Positions 59,444 to 64,000 of a DNA stretch of 64,000 nt are shown here, piece by piece. Where the stretch lies: positions 13,064 through 77,063 of the forward strand of contig CAWFJD010000017.1 in the NCBI GenBank assembly GCA_963816135.1. Direction: 5' to 3'. How positions within the stretch are numbered: position 1 is the stretch's first letter; every line of letters begins with the position of its first letter. Made by a program: the position numbers and the translations under genes. The DNA is from an uncultured Chloroflexia bacterium (GTDB lineage: Bacteria > Chloroflexota > Limnocylindria > Limnocylindrales > CSP1-4). The notes beneath the pieces were generated by a model. The model worked only from the letters and a program-made list of their open reading frames with translations. It searched no databases and had not been told where the DNA came from.

Positions 59444-60112
59444 GTGGACGTCGCGCTGACGGCCTTTTCTCTCGGGTTGCTGTCTATCGCGAATCCGTGC
59501 GTTCTGCCGCTGTACCCAGGGTTCCTCGCCTATCTCAGCGGCCAGCCCGGGGCCGGGCAGGGGAGGAGCCGCTACTTCCTGGGCCTGTTCGTCCTGGCCG
59601 GGGTCCTGACGACGATGCTTGTTCTGGGCGGCCTCCTCGTCGTCCTCGCCGTCTCGCTGACGCGCGCCCTCGCGGTCCTGATTCCGCTCGCCGTCGCGGC
59701 CATGATCGGCCTCGGGGTGCTCATGCTCCTGGATCGCAACCCCTTCGCCCGACTTCCCCACGTCCAGCTGCTCGGACTTCGAAGTCCTTCGCTGAATGCC
59801 TTCGCCTACGGCGCCCTGTACGGCCCGATCGCCATGCAGTGCAATGGGCTCGCCGTCGTCGCGATATTCGCGTACTCGTTCACGCTGGGCGAAACGCTCA
59901 GCCAGCTGTGGGCCTTCGCCTGGTTCGGTCTCGGCCTCGGCGTGCCGCTTCTGGCCATCTCGCTCTTGTCCGGAGCGATGCAGCGTCAGCTGACTCGCTG
60001 GTTCGCGATCCACAGTCGAGCGTTCAACATCGCCGGCGGCTCGCTCCTCATCGCCGTCGGCGTGTATCTGCTTGCCGTCAACTGGGACAAGCTCACGCTC
60101 GTCTACGGCTGA
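59444..60112 (+). CDS. ccdA: cytochrome c biogenesis / thiol-disulfide electron transporter CcdA (DsbD_2 family)
   Basis: Intact 222 aa with six TM helices. It has the conserved Cys in LSIANPCVLPLYPGFLAY and a second one in GPIAMQCNG. It starts 3 nt after the TlpA-like gene. Confidence 0.9.
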   Translation: MDVALTAFSLGLLSIANPCVLPLYPGFLAYLSGQPGAGQGRSRYFLGLFVLAGVLTTMLVLGGLLVVLAVSLTRALAVLIPLAVAAMIGLGVLMLLDRNPFARLPHVQLLGLRSPSLNAFAYGALYGPIAMQCNGLAVVAIFAYSFTLGETLSQLWAFAWFGLGLGVPLLAISLLSGAMQRQLTRWFAIHSRAFNIAGGSLLIAVGVYLLAVNWDKLTLVYG

Positions 60113-60145
60113 GCCTGGCATTCGCAGGGCGGCGACGGCGAATCC

Positions 60146-60171
60146 GGGACGAAAGCCGCCTTCAGTTCGTC
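60146..60171 (+). promoter_or_regulatory. candidate ECF-type promoter (GGGAC-N17-CGTC) for the sigma-factor operon
   Basis: GGGAC lies at 60146-60150 and CGTC at 60168-60171 with a 17-nt spacer. The ATG follows 9 nt later with no Shine-Dalgarno, which would give a leaderless or nearly leaderless mRNA. This is a pattern match only. Confidence 0.3.
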
Positions 60172-60180
60172 AATCTGGTC

Positions 60181-60757
60181 ATGATGGAGTTGTTGACAGA
60201 CCAGAGAGGGGCTCCGGATTTGCTCGAGCGAGTGAGGCTCGGTCGCGACGACGCGGAGGACCTTGGCGAGACGTTCGAGGCGCTCTACCGCCGGCGCTAT
60301 CGGGACGTATTCCGCTACGCGCTGCTGATGCTGCGCCATGAGGCGGAGGCCGAAGACGCAACGGCGGAGGCGTTCGACCGCGCATATTCGGCCTGGCGCA
60401 CGGGCCATGGGCCATCGGGCCAGGCGCTGCCCTGGCTGCTGCTCATCACCCGGCGCATCGTGATCGACAAAGTCCGACGGCGAAGGCTGCTCTCGTGGCT
60501 GCCGATCGGCACGCTCCGCCCGGCGCAAGAGCCAGCGGCGGCCGGCGACACCGAACGATCCGACTTTTGGATTTGGTTCGACTCGCTTCGCCCGCGACCT
60601 GCCGGCCCGGCAGCGCGAGGTGCTGATCCTCCGCTATCAGCGGGATTTGGACGACCAATCGATAGGCGAGATTCTGGGGCTCTCGGCTTCCGGAGTCCGC
60701 TCGCTAGTGGCGAGGGCCTGCGAGACCCTGCGCCGCAACCCGGAGATCTGGCGATGA
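60181..60757 (+). pseudogene. ECF sigma-70 family sigma factor, one frameshift about 60590
   Basis: Region 2 is FEALYRRRYRDVFRYALLMLRHEAEAEDATAEAFDRAYSAW...PWLLLITRRIVIDKVRRRR. Region 4 (LPARQREVLILRYQRDLDDQSIGEILGLSASGVRSLVARACETLRR...stop at 60755-60757) is in another frame. Confidence 0.8.
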
Positions 60758-61947
60758 ACGACAACGACGCAAAGCGCACGACCGCCGCGCCGACCGATCT
60801 AAGAGACGATGAAATCCTCCAGGCGGTCCGCCAGCGGATGACCGCGGTCGAGCCCCTGATTCCCATACCCCCGGCGTGGGCTGGCGAAGGCGGTCAGGTC
60901 GGGCTGTCGCGGACCAGGATGCGCACGGGCTTGCGGTTCGCGGCCGCCCCGCTGGTGCTTGTCGCGGCCTTGATCGTCATCGTCGTGGGCGCGGGCCTCA
61001 GCGCCAGGACGGCGACCCTCGGCGTGTCGCCATCGCCATCGCCATCGCCATCGCCATCGCCGTCGCCGAGCTATACGACCCTCATCTACGGGCTCGTGCC
61101 AGATGCCGGGAAGACCGTGACGGCGGCCGACCTCGAATCGACAGTCGGCATCCTGAAATCCAGGATCGACGGCTCTGGCGTGGCAGGGGCTCTCGTCGGA
61201 ATGAGGGAGCCGGACATGGTGACGGTTTCGGTTCCGGGACATGCCAACCTCGACGCGATCGAGCAGCTGCTCAGCCAGCGGGGTCATCTCGAGTTCGTCC
61301 TGCTGCCGCCGGATGTGTACGGTTCGGCCTTGGCACCCGGTCCGAAGGCTGTCCCTGCCAACGGCTCGAGGCTCGACGCGTCGTTGCCGGCGGAGTTCAC
61401 CGACGCGGATCTCGACCCAAGCAAGACCGTGGCCAGAACGGACCCGACTATGCCTGGACTGTGGCAGGTCGACTTCGGCGTCAAAGACGCCAAGGTGAGG
61501 GACTTCGAAACCTGGTCTGGCGAGCACGTGAACGAGTACTTCGCAATCACGATGGATGGCGTAGTTCAGAACGCCCCGTACATCGCGGCGAAGTTCGACA
61601 GTGGGATGGGGATCGTTTCGGGCGACTTTACGATGGGCGAGGCAAAGAGGCTGGCGACCTTGCTTCAATCCGGCAGCCTCCCGTGTCCGCTCGAGTTGCT
61701 CGGCGTGGAGAGTCCGGACAGTTCGGTGGCGCCGGCCGGCAGGACTCTGGCGCCCTCGGCCGGCGTGACCGGGCCGACCGCAACGCCCAACCTCCCCGGA
61801 CCCGGCGGTACAGCGGTGACTCCGGCGGCCCAGCCCTCACCTGCATGCTCGATCGTGCCGTCTGCGACCGCCGATTCCGCGGCAACGTGCGGCGCGGCGC
61901 CGCTCGGGTCTGGCTCTGTGCCAAGTGCTGCCGCCACCGGAGGGTGA
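60754..61947 (+). CDS. single-pass membrane protein with a SecD/SecF P1-head-like extracytoplasmic domain, co-transcribed with the ECF sigma factor
   Basis: The ATGA overlaps the sigma stop. The TM is LRFAAAPLVLVAALIVIVVGAGL, followed by a (SP)7 linker. LESTVGILKSRIDGSGVAGALVGMREPDMVTVSVPGHANLDAIEQLLSQRGHLEFVLL and EYFAITMDGVVQNAPYIAAKFDSGMGIVSGDFTMGEAKRLATLLQSGSLPCPLELL parallel the SecD periplasmic head blocks. TM2-6 of SecD are absent. Confidence 0.6.
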   Translation: MNDNDAKRTTAAPTDLRDDEILQAVRQRMTAVEPLIPIPPAWAGEGGQVGLSRTRMRTGLRFAAAPLVLVAALIVIVVGAGLSARTATLGVSPSPSPSPSPSPSPSYTTLIYGLVPDAGKTVTAADLESTVGILKSRIDGSGVAGALVGMREPDMVTVSVPGHANLDAIEQLLSQRGHLEFVLLPPDVYGSALAPGPKAVPANGSRLDASLPAEFTDADLDPSKTVARTDPTMPGLWQVDFGVKDAKVRDFETWSGEHVNEYFAITMDGVVQNAPYIAAKFDSGMGIVSGDFTMGEAKRLATLLQSGSLPCPLELLGVESPDSSVAPAGRTLAPSAGVTGPTATPNLPGPGGTAVTPAAQPSPACSIVPSATADSAATCGAAPLGSGSVPSAAATGG

Positions 61948-62315
61948 CCCGGGGCCGTGAGGACCGCGTCGAAGGTCCCGAACCCGGACCGGCGGCAGGT
62001 TTCTCTCTGGCGTGAACACGTCTTGGCGCGGACTCGGCCGTCGACTCGCGCGGAGCACAAATTGACCGTTCGAGGGTCAGTTGCGCCTTTCGTAGAGCCG
62101 GAACCGCGCAACGGACGGGGCATGAGGCGAGGAGCCGCGTCGGGCGAGCCGTCCGAGGCCTGGATCGGCGCTTCCTGTTCACGAGGGAGAGAAAGTCGCG
62201 GGGGACGGGCGAGAACATGGCAAACCGGCTTGCGCGGCGGCCGCCGCGCCACGCTCCTCGGCCACATCACGCAACCGCGCGGCGCCACTGCCCGCGCCCC
62301 CCCGATTGCCGGTCT

Positions 62316-63620
62316 CTACCCCTCGCCCGGAATCAATCCCGTCCCGAGCGGCGTGGCGGGCCCCTCCCGCACTGTCATTCGGTCCGTGCCCCTGAACCAA
62401 TACCAGAGGAGGCTCGTGGCCATCGAATACAGCACGATGATCGTGATGAAGTCCACGGCATAGCCCATGGTGAAGCCGAGCGAGGCCTGGAGCGCGCTGT
62501 AGTAGATCGGGGCGATCGTCCAGCCCAGCGACCAGAGCATCGTCATGCCCGCGGCCAGGGTCGCTCGTTCCGCCGCGGAGACGCGGTCCATGGAGAAGGC
62601 GTCGAAGATCGGGCTGCCCGCGTTCATGAGCGAGTTGCGAACGGCCAGGGCCACGATCACCGTCCAGAGCATCGGCGAGAACCCCAGGACGATCAAGAAC
62701 GGGATGCTGGCGCCTTGTACCAGGACGATCGAGCCGATCCGGCCGAACCTCCGGGCGAGGGCAGGCTGGGCCATGATCGCAGCCGCCGTACCCAGGCTCG
62801 TGATCGCGAAGATGATGTTCACGGCGTTCAGGTCGAGGGCGAATTTCGTCTTGATGAAGACGTTCAGGAACGGAATCAGCTGCCCGGCGCCGAGCGAGGT
62901 GAGGAAGCCCGGGAGGAGCAGCCGGAAGAACAGCTTTCGGTCGAGGACGACGAGCCCGAACCTGCCGGGCCGAGCCTGCCGCTCCGCGTGATCGGCGGCC
63001 TTGGGCCGATCGCCCGCGAGCAGGAACACGGTCGCGAGGGACACGAGCCCGAGGACGGCGACACCCGCGATGAGGATCTGGTAGGGCGCCGCCGCGCTTC
63101 CCAGGCCGAGCGATCCTGCGAGCCAGGTGGCGATCTGCGCTCCCACGATCGTCGAGACGACTGAGGTGATGAAGCCGAAGGCCGACCAGAGCGAGAAGTA
63201 TTCGTTTCGCTGGTGGGGGAGCGTGTGCTCGGCGATGTATGGGATCTGGACCACGGCCACGATCTGGGTTCCCGCGCCAAGCGCCGCGACGCCGACGAAG
63301 ATCAGTCCCCGGTTGCCGGGAAGGAAGGCGAACAGCGCCACCGCGACCAGGCCCATGCCGACGGCCATCAGGATCCGCCGACCGAACCTGTCGGATAGGG
63401 CGCTCGCCGGCAGCGCGATCACGACTCCGGCGAGCTGCGACGTCGACATCACCCAGCCGATCGTCGGCCGGTCCAGGCCCAGTGATTCCAGGTAGAGGTT
63501 GAAGTCGACCCAGTAGAGGCTCAGCGCCGTGCCGTAGATGATCGTGATGAGCAGGAACAGCCGGGCATCTCTGGAGAAGCCGGTGAAGCTCCGGGCGTAA
63601 TGGCTAAGGGCGGCGGGCAC
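62316..63620 (-). CDS. MFS transporter
   Basis: Intact 434 aa with about 12 TM helices. The loop 2-3 motif is ALSDRFGRRILM, and a central cytoplasmic loop separates two 6-TM halves. Confidence 0.9.
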   Translation of the reverse strand: MPAALSHYARSFTGFSRDARLFLLITIIYGTALSLYWVDFNLYLESLGLDRPTIGWVMSTSQLAGVVIALPASALSDRFGRRILMAVGMGLVAVALFAFLPGNRGLIFVGVAALGAGTQIVAVVQIPYIAEHTLPHQRNEYFSLWSAFGFITSVVSTIVGAQIATWLAGSLGLGSAAAPYQILIAGVAVLGLVSLATVFLLAGDRPKAADHAERQARPGRFGLVVLDRKLFFRLLLPGFLTSLGAGQLIPFLNVFIKTKFALDLNAVNIIFAITSLGTAAAIMAQPALARRFGRIGSIVLVQGASIPFLIVLGFSPMLWTVIVALAVRNSLMNAGSPIFDAFSMDRVSAAERATLAAGMTMLWSLGWTIAPIYYSALQASLGFTMGYAVDFITIIVLYSMATSLLWYWFRGTDRMTVREGPATPLGTGLIPGEG

Positions 63621-64000
63621 TGACGATCCTGTTAGGGCGCCTCCGCGGGCGCGTCGAGTTCATTGTCGGCGGGCGTTCGAGCGGCATCAAAGCCCCGGGA
63701 CCAGGCCCTAGGACCTGGCGCCTTCCACGCAGTGGGCATCCTCATCGTGCAGCGTCCGTCCGAGGACGATGAGCACGGACCCAAAGTGCAACTTCAGGCC
63801 GGTGAAGCGGCGGCCATCCGAAAGGACGCCGTCGACGCACTCGCCCGTGTTCACTTTTCGTGCGACGGCCGCCTCGGTCCGTAGCTCTTCTCCGTAGGTT
63901 CTGGCAACCCTCAGCCGGTTCTCGGGCGAGTCAAGCGACCACATCGATAGTTTCTCCAGTGTTAGAAATCGACGGACCCCCGTTAGCTGACCATCTAACT

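Overview
This is a 64-kb, very GC-rich chromosomal segment. Hand counts of single 60-nt lines range from about 55% to 78% GC. The host is probably a monoderm bacterium that uses F420 and B12, Actinomycetota- or Chloroflexota-like; this is inferred from an LPXTG-type anchor, PT/PS linkers, several F420-family enzymes and ECF sigma factors. I can support about 58 protein genes, one tRNA-Lys(CTT), two homologous PyrR-type attenuator leaders, three intrinsic terminators, one 81-82-bp tandem repeat array and two copies of a 226-bp MITE-like element. I see no rRNA, CRISPR array, transposase, integrase or phage genes.

Gene content from left to right:
- thioredoxin fragment and ArsR
- a MoxR/DUF58/DUF4129 module with a SAM methyltransferase
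- zinc-ribbon proteins
- an ECF sigma factor with a 3.1-kb repeat protein
- folE, the MCM B12 subunit and meaB
- a roughly 1650-aa PAS/GAF histidine kinase plus receiver
- tRNA-Lys, an MCP and a PAS-GGDEF cyclase
- two tandem GH94 phosphorylases
- an LPXTG surface protein
- F420 enzymes
- carA behind a PyrR leader
- an HTH-nuclease gene bracketed by MITEs, and a YcaQ/AlkZ-like glycosylase
- a GH3/GH116/PfkB block joined to a corrinoid methyl-transfer cluster, then SDR, ThuA and phd/vapC
- carB behind a second PyrR leader
- TlpA/CcdA
- a second ECF sigma factor with a SecD-head-like membrane protein
- an MFS transporter

A dominant technical feature is that about 25 clearly recognisable genes are broken by single-nucleotide frame shifts, at least about 45 in total. 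I mark these genes as pseudogene, meaning the frame is disrupted as assembled. Many of the breaks are probably homopolymer indel errors.

The best candidate for an undescribed system is the disassembled MetH-like corrinoid methyl-transfer cluster at 47.8-52.2 kb, in which URO-D-type methyltransferases stand where a pterin module would be. It sits inside a beta-glycosidase/kinase island. Many long ORFs in the six-frame track are GC-driven antisense or read-through artefacts and are rejected below.
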